From Opitutia bacterium KCR 482 (GTDB lineage Bacteria; Verrucomicrobiota; Verrucomicrobiia; Opitutales; Intestinicryptomonadaceae): a DNA stretch of 32,000 nt. Where the stretch lies: assembly GCA_029269845.2 (NCBI GenBank), contig CP149973.1, positions 1,410,001 to 1,442,000 on the forward strand, given 5' to 3'. The notes beneath the pieces are model-generated. The model did no database searches, was not told the origin of the DNA, and saw nothing but the letters and a program-made list of their open reading frames with translations. Position numbers and translations under genes: made by a program. This document shows, piece after piece, positions 22,832 to 31,956 of the stretch; within the stretch, counting starts at the first letter, position 1; each line of letters begins with the position of its first letter.

Positions 22832-25195
22832 TTAAAAGCCCAGAAGGCCCTGCCCACCGTCGTCGAATTTTGCGTCGTCGTCGCGGGGCTTGCATTTTGC
22901 CGATTCCTCTGGGGCGTCGGCAGGCTTTTTCTGTTCTTCGGTAGCGTCAGGGGGTTGCCATGCGCCCGTTTTGGGAGCGGGTTCTTTGCTTTGGGGAGCT
23001 TCGATGGGCGTTTGCTCGGCGTTTTCCGCCTGTTCGGCTTCCGAAAGCATTTTGAGGAAGTCCGATTCTGCCAAAATGCTTGTGCCGAATTTTTTTGCCG
23101 CGTCCATTTTTGAGCTATGTTCTTCCGCCGAAATAAGATAATCTGTCTTTGCGCTTACCGATGACGCCGTTTTGCCGCCGAATTTTTCGATTAGCTTTTT
23201 TGCGTCGTCGCGTCCCATTGATTCGAGCTTCCCCGTGATTACGAACAATTTGCCGCTAAACGGTGTTCCCTCCACTGTCTTTGTGTGCGCTTCGAAATTA
23301 AGCCCCGCCGCCCGCAGGCGTTCAATCATTCCCCTGTTGTGCTCGTCGTCGAAAAACGCGCGAACCGAAAGCGCGCGGACGGGTTGCGCAATTTCTTCAT
23401 TTTCAGCTGACTTCTTCTTTTTCTGAGACTTCGAACCCATGCCCTCAACGGACTTGATTTCCTCTATGTCGGCGTTCATGAGCGCGTCGAGCGAGCCGAA
23501 TTTTGCGGCAAGCTCTTTTGCGAACTGCTCGCCGATTTCCAAAATTCCCAAGCCGAAAATCAGCCGCCAAAGCTCGCGCGACTTCGACTCCTCTATCGAT
23601 TTCATGAGGTTGTCCGCGCTCTTGTCTTTGAATTTGCCGATTTCAAGCAATTTGTCGCGCGTAAGTGTGTAGATGTCGGACGGGTCGCGCACGTCCAGTT
23701 TGTCGGTAAGCTCCGCAACAACCTTTTCTCCCAAGCCGCGAATATCCATGCAGTTGCGCGACGCAAAGTGTTCGAGTCTGCCGCGAATTTGCGGCGGGCA
23801 CGCCATGTTCGGGCAGCGCGAAATTTCGCCCAATTTGCGCAGTTGCGCTCCGCATTCTGGGCAGTGCGTGGGAAAAACAAAGGCTTGGGCATCGGGCGAC
23901 CGCTTTTCCAAAACGACGCCCAGAACGGCGGGGATAATTTCGCCCGCCTTTTCCACAAGCACGGTGTCTCCAATGCGTATGTCTTTGGAAACTATGTAGT
24001 TTTCGTTGTGGAGGGTCGCCCTGTGCACTTCCGTGCCCGACAGCCTTTTTATAGGTTCAAGCTCCGCCACGGGCGTAATCGCTCCCGTTCTGCCGACCTG
24101 AATTGTAATGCCGTTAAGGCGCGTTTCGGCGCGTTCAGCTCGGTATTTCCAGGCAATCGCCCAGCGCGGAGCGTGGCTTGTCATGCCAGCCTTTTCGTGG
24201 AGGGCGCAGTCGTCGAGCTTCACGACCGCGCCGTCGGTGTCGAACGGAAATTCCGCGCGGATTTCCTCCAACTCGCAAATTTTTTCGAACGCTCCGTGCG
24301 CTCCGTCGGCGAGCGCGAACCAGTTTACCGACGGCAAACCCCACGATTTCAGTATCTTGGGAAGTTCGTGCTGCTCGGCGATTTCGACGCCTTCAATCGC
24401 GCCGACCGAATAGAAAATCGCCATGAGCGAGCGCGAGCGCAAGACGGCGGTATCCAACAATTTAAGAGTGCCCGCCGTCAGGTTGCGCGGGTTTGCGGGC
24501 AGTTTTTTTTCTATTGCGGCAAGTTCTTCGGGGAGAAGTTTTACGTTTTCGTAAGTTGCGGATTTATCCGTTTTTTGAAGTTCTTTTAGCTTTTTGTCGA
24601 GCGTCTTTTTTGTAAGCTCTTCGCGCTGGACTTCCGAAATCCGCAAAAATTCGGAACGCTCCATGTACGCCTCGCCGCGAATTTCCAAAAGCGACGGAAT
24701 GTTTGTTCCCAATAAGGTAGCGGGCAGGTTTTTTACGACAAACGAATTTCTCGTGATGTCGTCGCCCTTTGCGCCGTTCCCGCGCGTAAGAAGCCGGACG
24801 AGCCTGCCGTTTTCGTATACGGCGGAAATTCCCGCGCCGTCGATTTTCGGCTCTACGCAGTAGCGCAGGTCGGCGTCGGTTTCGAGCACTTTTTTGAGGC
24901 GGGCGTCGAATTCTTCAAGCTCGGCGGAGTCGAAAACATTGTCGAGGCTGAGCATGGGCGAGAGGTGCTCGACGGATTCGAACGATTCGGAGAGATCGTT
25001 GCCGACGCGCACGGACGGCGAGTTGGGGTCGTAAAATTGGGGGAATTCGTCTTCGAGGGCGCGAAGCTCATGCATAAGCGTATCGAACTGGTTGTCCGAT
25101 ATTTGCGGCGCGTTTTTTACGCGGTAAAGCTTTTCGTGGAAGGCAATTTGCTCCCGCAATAATTGTATTTTTTCCTTTGCCTCTGCGCTGTCCAT
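22832..25195 (-). CDS. ligA: NAD-dependent DNA ligase with a C-terminal low-complexity extension
   Basis: Adenylation motif CVEPKIDGAGIS (KxDG), Zn finger CPECGAQL...CPNMACPPQ, HhH region, and BRCT (GKLFVITGKLESMGRDDAKKLIEKFGGK). ATG at 25195 gives MDSAEAKEKIQLLREQI. At 787 aa it is longer than the roughly 670 aa typical for this enzyme. Confidence 0.93.
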   Translation of the reverse strand: MDSAEAKEKIQLLREQIAFHEKLYRVKNAPQISDNQFDTLMHELRALEDEFPQFYDPNSPSVRVGNDLSESFESVEHLSPMLSLDNVFDSAELEEFDARLKKVLETDADLRYCVEPKIDGAGISAVYENGRLVRLLTRGNGAKGDDITRNSFVVKNLPATLLGTNIPSLLEIRGEAYMERSEFLRISEVQREELTKKTLDKKLKELQKTDKSATYENVKLLPEELAAIEKKLPANPRNLTAGTLKLLDTAVLRSRSLMAIFYSVGAIEGVEIAEQHELPKILKSWGLPSVNWFALADGAHGAFEKICELEEIRAEFPFDTDGAVVKLDDCALHEKAGMTSHAPRWAIAWKYRAERAETRLNGITIQVGRTGAITPVAELEPIKRLSGTEVHRATLHNENYIVSKDIRIGDTVLVEKAGEIIPAVLGVVLEKRSPDAQAFVFPTHCPECGAQLRKLGEISRCPNMACPPQIRGRLEHFASRNCMDIRGLGEKVVAELTDKLDVRDPSDIYTLTRDKLLEIGKFKDKSADNLMKSIEESKSRELWRLIFGLGILEIGEQFAKELAAKFGSLDALMNADIEEIKSVEGMGSKSQKKKKSAENEEIAQPVRALSVRAFFDDEHNRGMIERLRAAGLNFEAHTKTVEGTPFSGKLFVITGKLESMGRDDAKKLIEKFGGKTASSVSAKTDYLISAEEHSSKMDAAKKFGTSILAESDFLKMLSEAEQAENAEQTPIEAPQSKEPAPKTGAWQPPDATEEQKKPADAPEESAKCKPRDDDAKFDDGGQGLLGF

Positions 25196-25242
25196 GCAGA
25201 TTAAAAATTTTCGGAATGCGTCCGAATTCGTCAAGCATTATC

Positions 25243-25286
25243 GACAAAAAAACGGCGAACCCAAGTACGGGCATGTCGCCGTTTTT
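25243..25286 (-). terminator. Terminator after the SIMPL gene (hairpin also readable on the + strand)
   Basis: Arms AAAACGGCGA and TCGCCGTTTT have an inner CCC/GGG pairing. On the - strand the stem is followed by TTTTTTTGTCGA. It lies about 40 nt after the stop at 25322. Confidence 0.6.
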
Positions 25287-25321
25287 GCGGAAATTGCGCG
25301 TTTTTTAGCGATGAAAGCCGC

Positions 25322-26059
25322 CTATTTTTCTATTTCAAACTGCGCGTTTACGACGCACCGCACGTCTTTTTCTATTGTGGAAGTGTCGTACATGCCGTAA
25401 GACGCGGTTTCGGTTGAAAGCGGCGCGGTTATCTGGAAAACGCCCTGCGTTGCCGACATTATGTTGCCGAGCTTTGCGCCGCCCGCGCTTGCGAGCGTCT
25501 GCGCGCGCGACTTTGCGTTTTCCGTCGCCTTGGCAAGCAGATTGAGCTTCAAGTCTTCGATTTTCGAGTAGAGGTACACGGGCGAGTTGATTGTGATTGC
25601 GTCGCCGCAAATCGCCGCCGATTTCGCCATAACCTTGTCGAGCAATTCGAGCTTTTTTGTTGCGACATCGACACTTGCGAACGCCGTTTTGCCGCAGACT
25701 TCGCTCGTGTTGTAGCCGTCTTTGTTTGTCTTGAAGAGTTTGCCGAGGGTGATGTTCGAACTGCGGATTTCGGAATTGTCGAAGCCGTTTTCGCGCAGGA
25801 AGTTGACGACCTTTTCGACGTTTGCGGAGGTCTCCGCAAAAGCGTTTCTTTTTTGCGCTTCATTGAAGTTTACCGACGTTTCAACTGAAATTGTCCAGTT
25901 CGCGGTGTCGGACACAACTTTTTGCGTTGCAACGCCTTTTACGCTTATTCCGCTCGGCTTGCGGAACAAAATGCTTGGTTTTACCACGATGAGCGAGCAC
26001 GCGATTAACGTCGCGCACGCGACAAGTGCGGTGAAAAATATAAATATCTTGTTTTTCAT
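25322..26059 (-). CDS. SIMPL (DUF541) domain periplasmic protein
   Basis: ATG at 26059 gives the TM/signal segment MKNKIFIFFTALVACATLIACSLIV. SIMPL-like layout: ISVKGVATQKVVSDTANWTISVET, VEKVVNFLRENGFDNSEIRSSNITL, AKATENAKSRAQTLASAGGAKLGNI. 245 aa. Confidence 0.75.
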   Translation of the reverse strand: MKNKIFIFFTALVACATLIACSLIVVKPSILFRKPSGISVKGVATQKVVSDTANWTISVETSVNFNEAQKRNAFAETSANVEKVVNFLRENGFDNSEIRSSNITLGKLFKTNKDGYNTSEVCGKTAFASVDVATKKLELLDKVMAKSAAICGDAITINSPVYLYSKIEDLKLNLLAKATENAKSRAQTLASAGGAKLGNIMSATQGVFQITAPLSTETASYGMYDTSTIEKDVRCVVNAQFEIEK

Positions 26060-26224
26060 ATAATTATAAAACTCCTTCCATCTTTTTTTGTTCCCCTTTA
26101 TAAAAGAATGCGCGTTTTTAAATTTCAACACAAAAAAACGCAAAACATGTAATTCCCGTTTTGGTAGCAAAAACGCGCCCGAAATCTTCCCAATTTTGTT
26201 GACAGAAACGCAAAATTCGGGGAA

Positions 26225-27244
26225 ATGTTAAGCATGAAAAAGTTTATTGTTTCCATGGCATTTGCGATGCTTGCGGGCGCGTCGGCGTTCGCGCAAAAAG
26301 ACCCGCTTGTGGGCTTCTACACGGGGAAGGTCGAAAACGTGAAGTCCTACCCCTTCGGCTGGGGTAGCCCCGAACTTTGCCTTGAAGTGGCGCGTTTCGG
26401 CGACGAATACCAGCTCAAACTCGGCGAGCGCCCCCTTTTGCGCACCGACACCTACGGTTTCGAAAAAGGCCTCAAAGCCGAAAACGGGAAAATCGTCGTG
26501 AAAGACTTTTCCGAGCTTAAACTTTCGGGCGAGATTTCGCCGAACGGCGTTGTCCTCAAAGGCAAAAATCCCAAGGGCGGCGAAACCGTCGCGACTTTGA
26601 AGAAGACCGACATCGTTTCTCCCACAATGGGAACACCCGCTCCCGCCGGCGCAATCGTTCTCTTCGACGGCAAAGACACTTCCGAGTGGCAGCACAAAGA
26701 CGGCGAGCCGTGTTGCTGGAAAGTCGAAGACGGCGCGTTCGTCTCGCAAAAACTTATCGCGGGCGGCAAGCGCAAAAACGGGACGATTTTCACGAAGCGC
26801 AAATTCGGCGCGCTCAAAATGCATCTTGAATTCATGATGCCAACAAAGTATTTGAATACTAACACGCGCGGAAATTCGGGCGTGCATTTCGGCCCGTACG
26901 AAGTGCAAATCATAGACTCGTTCGGCGGCGAGGGCAACTGGTGGCAGTGCGGGGCGATTTACAGAATGCACGCGCCTAAGACGAACGCGTCGCTCGAACC
27001 CGGCGCGTGGCAGACCTACGACATCGAGTACCGTCCCGCGCAGTTCCTTAACGGCAAACTTGTGGCGTATCCCGAACTTACCGTGTACCACAACGGCGTG
27101 CGCGTGCAAAACAAAGAGCCGGTTTTTGCGCCGACCGACATCACCCAAAAGCACAATCCGCACACAGCCGACCCAATCAATCTCGGCTTGCAAGACCACG
27201 GTTCGCCCGTGTCTTTCCGCAATATTTGGGTGCAACCCCTTTAA
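26225..27244 (+). CDS. Exported DUF1080 (3-keto-disaccharide hydrolase-like) domain protein
   Basis: Signal MLSMKKFIVSMAFAMLAGASAFAQ; ATG 26234 is an alternative start. The C-terminal DUF1080 pattern is VLFDGKDTSEWQ, WKVEDGAF, FGALKMHLEF, GNSGVHF, YEVQIIDS, GAIYRMHAP, LTVYHNGVRVQN, GLQDHGSPVSFRNIWVQPL. 339 aa. Confidence 0.82.
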   Translation: MLSMKKFIVSMAFAMLAGASAFAQKDPLVGFYTGKVENVKSYPFGWGSPELCLEVARFGDEYQLKLGERPLLRTDTYGFEKGLKAENGKIVVKDFSELKLSGEISPNGVVLKGKNPKGGETVATLKKTDIVSPTMGTPAPAGAIVLFDGKDTSEWQHKDGEPCCWKVEDGAFVSQKLIAGGKRKNGTIFTKRKFGALKMHLEFMMPTKYLNTNTRGNSGVHFGPYEVQIIDSFGGEGNWWQCGAIYRMHAPKTNASLEPGAWQTYDIEYRPAQFLNGKLVAYPELTVYHNGVRVQNKEPVFAPTDITQKHNPHTADPINLGLQDHGSPVSFRNIWVQPL

Positions 27245-27300
27245 GGAGAGGGATTCAAAAAGCTTGCAAAATCCGAAGCGCGAAAAATTATATTTTAACC

Positions 27301-28194
27301 ATGACAACCGAAGAATTCAAAAAAGAGTTTGAAGCGCGCCGCCTTAAAGTGGAGGCGGCAATAGACAAATACCTCCCCGCGGAGGACACGCGGCCGTCAA
27401 TCGTCCACAAGGCGATGAGGTACAGCATGGAGGCGGGCGGCAAGAGAATCCGCCCGATGCTGTTGCTTGCCGCGCACGACATGTTCCCGTCGGAAATCGA
27501 CCCGCTACCCGCGTGCGTCGCCATTGAATGCCTGCACACGTACTCGCTTATCCACGACGACCTTCCCTGCATGGACAACTCCGACCTCCGCAGGGGCAAG
27601 CCCACATGCCACATGCAGTTCGACGAAACCATGGCGCTGCTCGCCGGCGACGCCCTGCTGACGTACTCGTTCCGGCTTTTGGCGGACGCATACAAGGCGT
27701 ACCCGAAAGTTGCGGCGGGCTTGGTTCTCGACCTCGCCGACGCTGGCGGAAGCACCAAGATGATAGGCGGGCAGGTTGAGGACGTTCTCGGCGAGCGCGA
27801 CGGCAAGATGACGCCCGAAAAGCTCGACTTTATCCACCACAACAAAACGGCGGCTCTCATTACTGCGGCGGTCACCATGGGCGTAAGGCTTGCGGACGAC
27901 TATTCCGAAGAGAAGCTTGAAGTTGCCCGCGAAATCGGCAAGAACATAGGCCTTGCATTTCAGGTGATTGACGACATTCTTGATGTCGTAAGCGACGACG
28001 CCACGATGGGCAAAACAACCCACCTCGACGCCGCAAACGACAAAATGACATACGTCTCGCTTTACGGAATCGACCGCTCTCGCGAAATCGCGGCGGAACT
28101 CACCGCAAAGGCGGTCGCCCTCTGCGAAAAGCTCAGCCCCAAGTGCGATTTCCTCAAAGCGCTTATAGGCTACATGCAAAACAGAATAAACTAA
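27301..28194 (+). CDS. ispA: (2E,6E)-farnesyl/geranylgeranyl diphosphate synthase (polyprenyl synthetase)
   Basis: First Asp-rich motif LIHDDLPCMDNSDLRRGKPTCH and second motif FQVIDDILD. ATG at 27301 gives MTTEEFKKEF. 297 aa. Confidence 0.88.
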   Translation: MTTEEFKKEFEARRLKVEAAIDKYLPAEDTRPSIVHKAMRYSMEAGGKRIRPMLLLAAHDMFPSEIDPLPACVAIECLHTYSLIHDDLPCMDNSDLRRGKPTCHMQFDETMALLAGDALLTYSFRLLADAYKAYPKVAAGLVLDLADAGGSTKMIGGQVEDVLGERDGKMTPEKLDFIHHNKTAALITAAVTMGVRLADDYSEEKLEVAREIGKNIGLAFQVIDDILDVVSDDATMGKTTHLDAANDKMTYVSLYGIDRSREIAAELTAKAVALCEKLSPKCDFLKALIGYMQNRIN

Positions 28195-28261
28195 CGCGTT
28201 GCGGGAGGCTTCTCCCGCCGCAAACAAGACGCCCGTTCGGGCGCGAATCGAAAGGTAAAAC

Positions 28262-29440
28262 ATGGTAGTTGCTCCCAAAGTCAAGGGCTTTCTGTGCATT
28301 ACCGCGCACCCAGAAGGTTGCGCGGCGAACGTGCGCGAACAAATAGAATATGTTAAAAGCAGGGGCGAAATCAAAAACGGCTGCAAATGCGCGCTCGTTA
28401 TCGGCTCGTCCACGGGCTACGGACTGGCGAGCCGCATAGTGTCGGCATTCGGCTGCGGAGCTTCGACGGTGGGCGTGTTCTTCGAGCGTCCCGCCGACGT
28501 CGCGCGCGAACGCCCCGCAAGCGCGGGCTGGTACAACACGGCCGAATTTACGAAACAGGCGGAATCGGCGGGGCTTTACGCCGCGAACATCAACGGCGAC
28601 GCGTTTTCGGACGAAATCAAAAAACAGGCGATAGAGGCAATCAAAAAGTCCCCGCAGGGAAAGGTGGATTTGATTGTGTACTCGCTCGCGTCGCCGCGCC
28701 GCACCGACCCGAAAACGGGCGAAGTCTACAAGAGCGTTCTCAAAACCGTCGGCGAAGAGCGCGAAGACAAGAGCCTCGACACCGACAGGGGCGCGGTCGT
28801 GAACGTCAAAGTTCCCGCCGCCAACGAGCGCGAGATTTTCGAAACCGTCAAGACCATGGGCGGCGAAGATTGGGAGCTTTGGGTTAAGGCTCTCGACGAG
28901 GCTGGCGTGCTCGCCGAAGGCTGCACAAGCGTTGCGTACTCCTACATCGGTCCGAAGCTCACATACCCCATTTACCGCAGCGGCACGATAGGGCTTGCAA
29001 AGGCGGACCTCGAAAAAACCGCCGAGCGAATCGACGGGCTTTTGAAGCTCCACAGGGGCAAGGCGTTTGTCTCGATGAACAAGGCGCTCGTAACGCAGGC
29101 GAGCAGCGCGATTCCCGTCGTGCCGCTCTACGTCTCGATTCTCTACAAGGTGATGAAGGAAAAGGGAATCCACGAAGACTGCATTCGCCAAATCGAGCGG
29201 CTCTTTGCGGAAAATCTCTACAACGACAATTTCCTCGACTTCGACGAGCAGGGGCGCGTGAGAATCGACAACCTCGAACTCCGCGACGACGTCCAAAAAG
29301 CCGTTTTCGACATCTGGCCGAAAGTGAGCACCGAAAACCTCTACGAGCTTACCGACTTCGCCGGCTACAAGAGCGAATTCATGAAGCTATTCGGCTTCGG
29401 GCGTCCCGACATAGACTACTCGAAAGACGTTCAAATTTAA
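28262..29440 (+). CDS. fabV: Enoyl-[acyl-carrier-protein] reductase FabV (trans-2-enoyl-CoA reductase family)
   Basis: The N-terminus KGFLCITAHPEGCAANVREQIEYVK and LVIGSSTGYGLASRI are typical of the FabV/TER family. 392 aa. Confidence 0.88.
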   Translation: MVVAPKVKGFLCITAHPEGCAANVREQIEYVKSRGEIKNGCKCALVIGSSTGYGLASRIVSAFGCGASTVGVFFERPADVARERPASAGWYNTAEFTKQAESAGLYAANINGDAFSDEIKKQAIEAIKKSPQGKVDLIVYSLASPRRTDPKTGEVYKSVLKTVGEEREDKSLDTDRGAVVNVKVPAANEREIFETVKTMGGEDWELWVKALDEAGVLAEGCTSVAYSYIGPKLTYPIYRSGTIGLAKADLEKTAERIDGLLKLHRGKAFVSMNKALVTQASSAIPVVPLYVSILYKVMKEKGIHEDCIRQIERLFAENLYNDNFLDFDEQGRVRIDNLELRDDVQKAVFDIWPKVSTENLYELTDFAGYKSEFMKLFGFGRPDIDYSKDVQI

Positions 29441-29464
29441 GCGGTCGCAAGACCCGAAAAACGC

Positions 29465-29499
29465 AAAACGCGGAGCAATTTTTTGCCCCGCGTTTTTTT
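29465..29499. terminator. Bidirectional rho-independent terminator shared by convergent fabV and dxs
   Basis: Two-part stem AAAACGCGG/CCGCGTTTT with an inner GCAA-tttt-TTGC. On the + strand it is followed by a T-tract and GCGCA. On the - strand it is followed by TTTTGCGTTTTTCGGG. Confidence 0.8.
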
Positions 29500-29539
29500 G
29501 CGCATTTGAAAGCCGCAAACGGCTTGTCTTGCCTCGGCC

Positions 29540-31417
29540 CTACGCCAGGCGCGATTTAATTCTTTCGGTAATCTGCTCTGTCGAAAGTCCGAACTGGGCG
29601 CGGATAGTCTTTACGTCGGTGCCGTGCGGTATGAATTTGTCGGGCCAGCCGATGACGTCGAGCGCGCATTTCGCGCCGTTTGCAAGCAGGCATTCGCCGA
29701 CCGCCGAGCCGAAGCCGCCCGCCACAACGTGGTCTTCAATCGTGATTATCGTCTTGTTTTCGGCCGCGCATTTGAGCAGAAGCTCCGCGTCGAGCGGCTT
29801 GGCGTAGCGCGCGTTGACGACGCCGATTTTTACGCCCGTTTCGGCTTCGATTGCCTTCGCCGCCGTGAGCGCCTCTTTGACCATGTTGCCCAAAGCCCAG
29901 ACGCAAATTTGTCCGTCCGACTCCCTCAAAACCTCCGCCTTGCCGATTTCGAGCAGCGCGGGTTCGTCCTTGATTTTAACGCCCTCGCCCTTGCCGCGCG
30001 GGTAGCGTATGAACGACGGCTGTTTCGATTTAATCGAAGTCCAAAGCATGTCGGTAAGTTCGTCCTCGTCTTTGGGCTGCATGACAACCGCGTTCGGGAG
30101 CGGGCGCAGGTAGGAGATGTCGAAAACGCCGTGGTGCGTCGCGCCGTCGTTGGGGCTAAGCCCCGCGCGGTCGAGGCAGAACACGACGGGCAGTTTTTGC
30201 AGGCAGACGTCGTGCATGGCGCAGTCGTAGGCGCGTTGCATGAACGTTGAATATATTGCCGTGACGGGCGTAAAGCCCTCGCATGCCATGCCCGCCGCGA
30301 AAACCGCCGCGTGCTCTTCGGCAATGCCGACGTCGAAAAACTGTTTCGGCAGCTCTTTCTTGATGTACGAAAGCCCCGTGCCCGACGCCATTGCCGCGGT
30401 GATTCCCACAATGCGCTCGTCTTTCTTTGCGAAGCGCAGCAATGCCTGTCCCATGGCGTCCTGATAGTTCGGAACGGACTTGTCGGCGTTGAGCGTTTCG
30501 CCCGTTATTACGTTGTAGGGCGACGCTCCGTGGAACTTTTCGGGGTTGCGCACGGCGACTTCCAAGCCCTTGCCCTTTTTCGTGATGACGTGCAGAAGAA
30601 TCGGGCGCGTTGCGCGTTTGCAATAGTTGAGGTAGCGTTCGAGAAGCGGAATGTCGTGCCCGTCGATAGGCCCGAGGTACATCAGCCCGAAATATTCGAA
30701 GAACGGAGACGGCACAAACCAGCCCTTTGCGTCGCGGGCGGTGTTTTCGGTCATCTTGATAACCGTTTCGCCGAAGGGGAGCTTTTTGAGGAACGAGTTC
30801 ATGTCGGAATACAGCCTGTTGCAGGCGGGATTCGTTATTACCTCGTTCAAATACTGCGCGATTGCCCCGACGTTCTTTGCGATGGACATTTCGTTGTCGT
30901 TTAGCACCACAATCATTTTTTTCGTGGTGGAGGCAATGTTGTTGAACGCCTCGAACGTGACGCCGTTTGTGAGGGCGGCGTCGCCCAAAACCGCTATGAC
31001 GTTTTCGTCGCCGCCGAGCCTGTCGCGCGCCGCCGCAAAGCCGAGCGCCGCCGAGGCCGCCGTGCCCGCATGTCCCGCGCCGAACGCGTCGTGCTCCGAC
31101 TCAAACCTGTTGCAGAAGCCGCTTATGCCGCCCGTCTGGCGCAGGTTCTGGAATTTTTCGTTATTGCGCCCCGTCAGGAGCTTGTGCGTGTAGCATTGGT
31201 GCGAAACGTCGAAAAGGATTTTGTCTTTCGGGGTGTCGAACACGCGGTGGAGCGCAATGGAAAGCTCCACAATGCCCAAGTTCGGGCTGACATGCCCGCC
31301 TTTTTGCGAGGTAACGTCTATGATTTCCTGCCTGATTTCGCGGGCGAGTTCGGGGAGCTGATCTGGGGGCAGTTTTTTCAGGTCGGCGGGAGATGAAATT
31401 TCGCTAAGCAATGACAT
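29540..31417 (-). CDS. dxs: 1-deoxy-D-xylulose-5-phosphate synthase
   Basis: GGHVSPNLGIVELSIALHRVFDTPKDKILFDVSHQCYTHKLLTGR, thiamine-PP motif GDAALTNG...LNDNEMSI, and DVGIAEEHA. 625 aa. Confidence 0.93.
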   Translation of the reverse strand: MSLLSEISSPADLKKLPPDQLPELAREIRQEIIDVTSQKGGHVSPNLGIVELSIALHRVFDTPKDKILFDVSHQCYTHKLLTGRNNEKFQNLRQTGGISGFCNRFESEHDAFGAGHAGTAASAALGFAAARDRLGGDENVIAVLGDAALTNGVTFEAFNNIASTTKKMIVVLNDNEMSIAKNVGAIAQYLNEVITNPACNRLYSDMNSFLKKLPFGETVIKMTENTARDAKGWFVPSPFFEYFGLMYLGPIDGHDIPLLERYLNYCKRATRPILLHVITKKGKGLEVAVRNPEKFHGASPYNVITGETLNADKSVPNYQDAMGQALLRFAKKDERIVGITAAMASGTGLSYIKKELPKQFFDVGIAEEHAAVFAAGMACEGFTPVTAIYSTFMQRAYDCAMHDVCLQKLPVVFCLDRAGLSPNDGATHHGVFDISYLRPLPNAVVMQPKDEDELTDMLWTSIKSKQPSFIRYPRGKGEGVKIKDEPALLEIGKAEVLRESDGQICVWALGNMVKEALTAAKAIEAETGVKIGVVNARYAKPLDAELLLKCAAENKTIITIEDHVVAGGFGSAVGECLLANGAKCALDVIGWPDKFIPHGTDVKTIRAQFGLSTEQITERIKSRLA

Positions 31418-31451
31418 TTTCGAAAGGAATTGTTGTTTGCCGAATTTGCGG

Positions 31452-31703
31452 TTAATCGCGTTCGAGGACGAAATCCTCGGCGGAATCGCCCGAAAGTTTT
31501 TTTATGGAAAGCTCGGCGTCGTCGAGCTTTTTGCGGCAGAAGTCGAGGCATTCCTTGGCGCGGCCGTATTTTTCCACAAGGTCGGAAAGCGGAATCTGCG
31601 GATTTTCCAGTTGCGCCAGAATATCGCCGAGTTCTTTCAGTGAAGCCTCGAACGAGACTTCCGATTTCGAATTTAACTTTGCTGCCATTATCACAAGTTT
31701 CAC
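31452..31703 (-). CDS. xseB: Exodeoxyribonuclease VII small subunit
   Basis: SFEASLKELGDILAQLENPQIPLSDLVEKYGRAKECLDFCRKKLDDAE matches the XseB helical-hairpin pattern. It lies 34 nt upstream of dxs on the same strand. ATG 31688 is an alternative start. Confidence 0.8.
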   Translation of the reverse strand: MKLVIMAAKLNSKSEVSFEASLKELGDILAQLENPQIPLSDLVEKYGRAKECLDFCRKKLDDAELSIKKLSGDSAEDFVLERD

Positions 31704-31899
31704 ATTAAATATTGCAATTTACAAGGCAAAAAAGAATGCAAAATCCTCCCCTAAAATCGGCAAACGCAGAACAAACGCTCGAAATTACGTGTCCAATCAA
31801 AGCGGAACGGGGCGAGGGTCGAAAATTTTTGCGAATAAAAAGCTCGACATTTTCGATAATATCTACACTGTGGGGATTTACAGATACTATGCCCCTTTC

Positions 31900-31924
31900 G
31901 TTCGCCGAAAGGATATCGGCGAAC
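31900..31924 (+). repeat. Perfect 9-bp stem-loop in the leader of the last (partial) gene
   Basis: GTTCGCCGA-aaggata-TCGGCGAAC. It lies 33 nt upstream of the ATG at 31957. Confidence 0.5.
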
Positions 31925-31956
31925 AGAGAACTTGTATTTCAAGGAGAATCAATAAC

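Noticed and set aside
26199-26227. Perfect TTGACA 17 nt upstream of GAAATG, considered as a sigma70 promoter for the DUF1080 gene
   Set aside because: The -10 candidate is poor and overlaps the ATG at 26225. Promoter consensus in this probably PVC lineage is unknown, so it is not reported as a feature.
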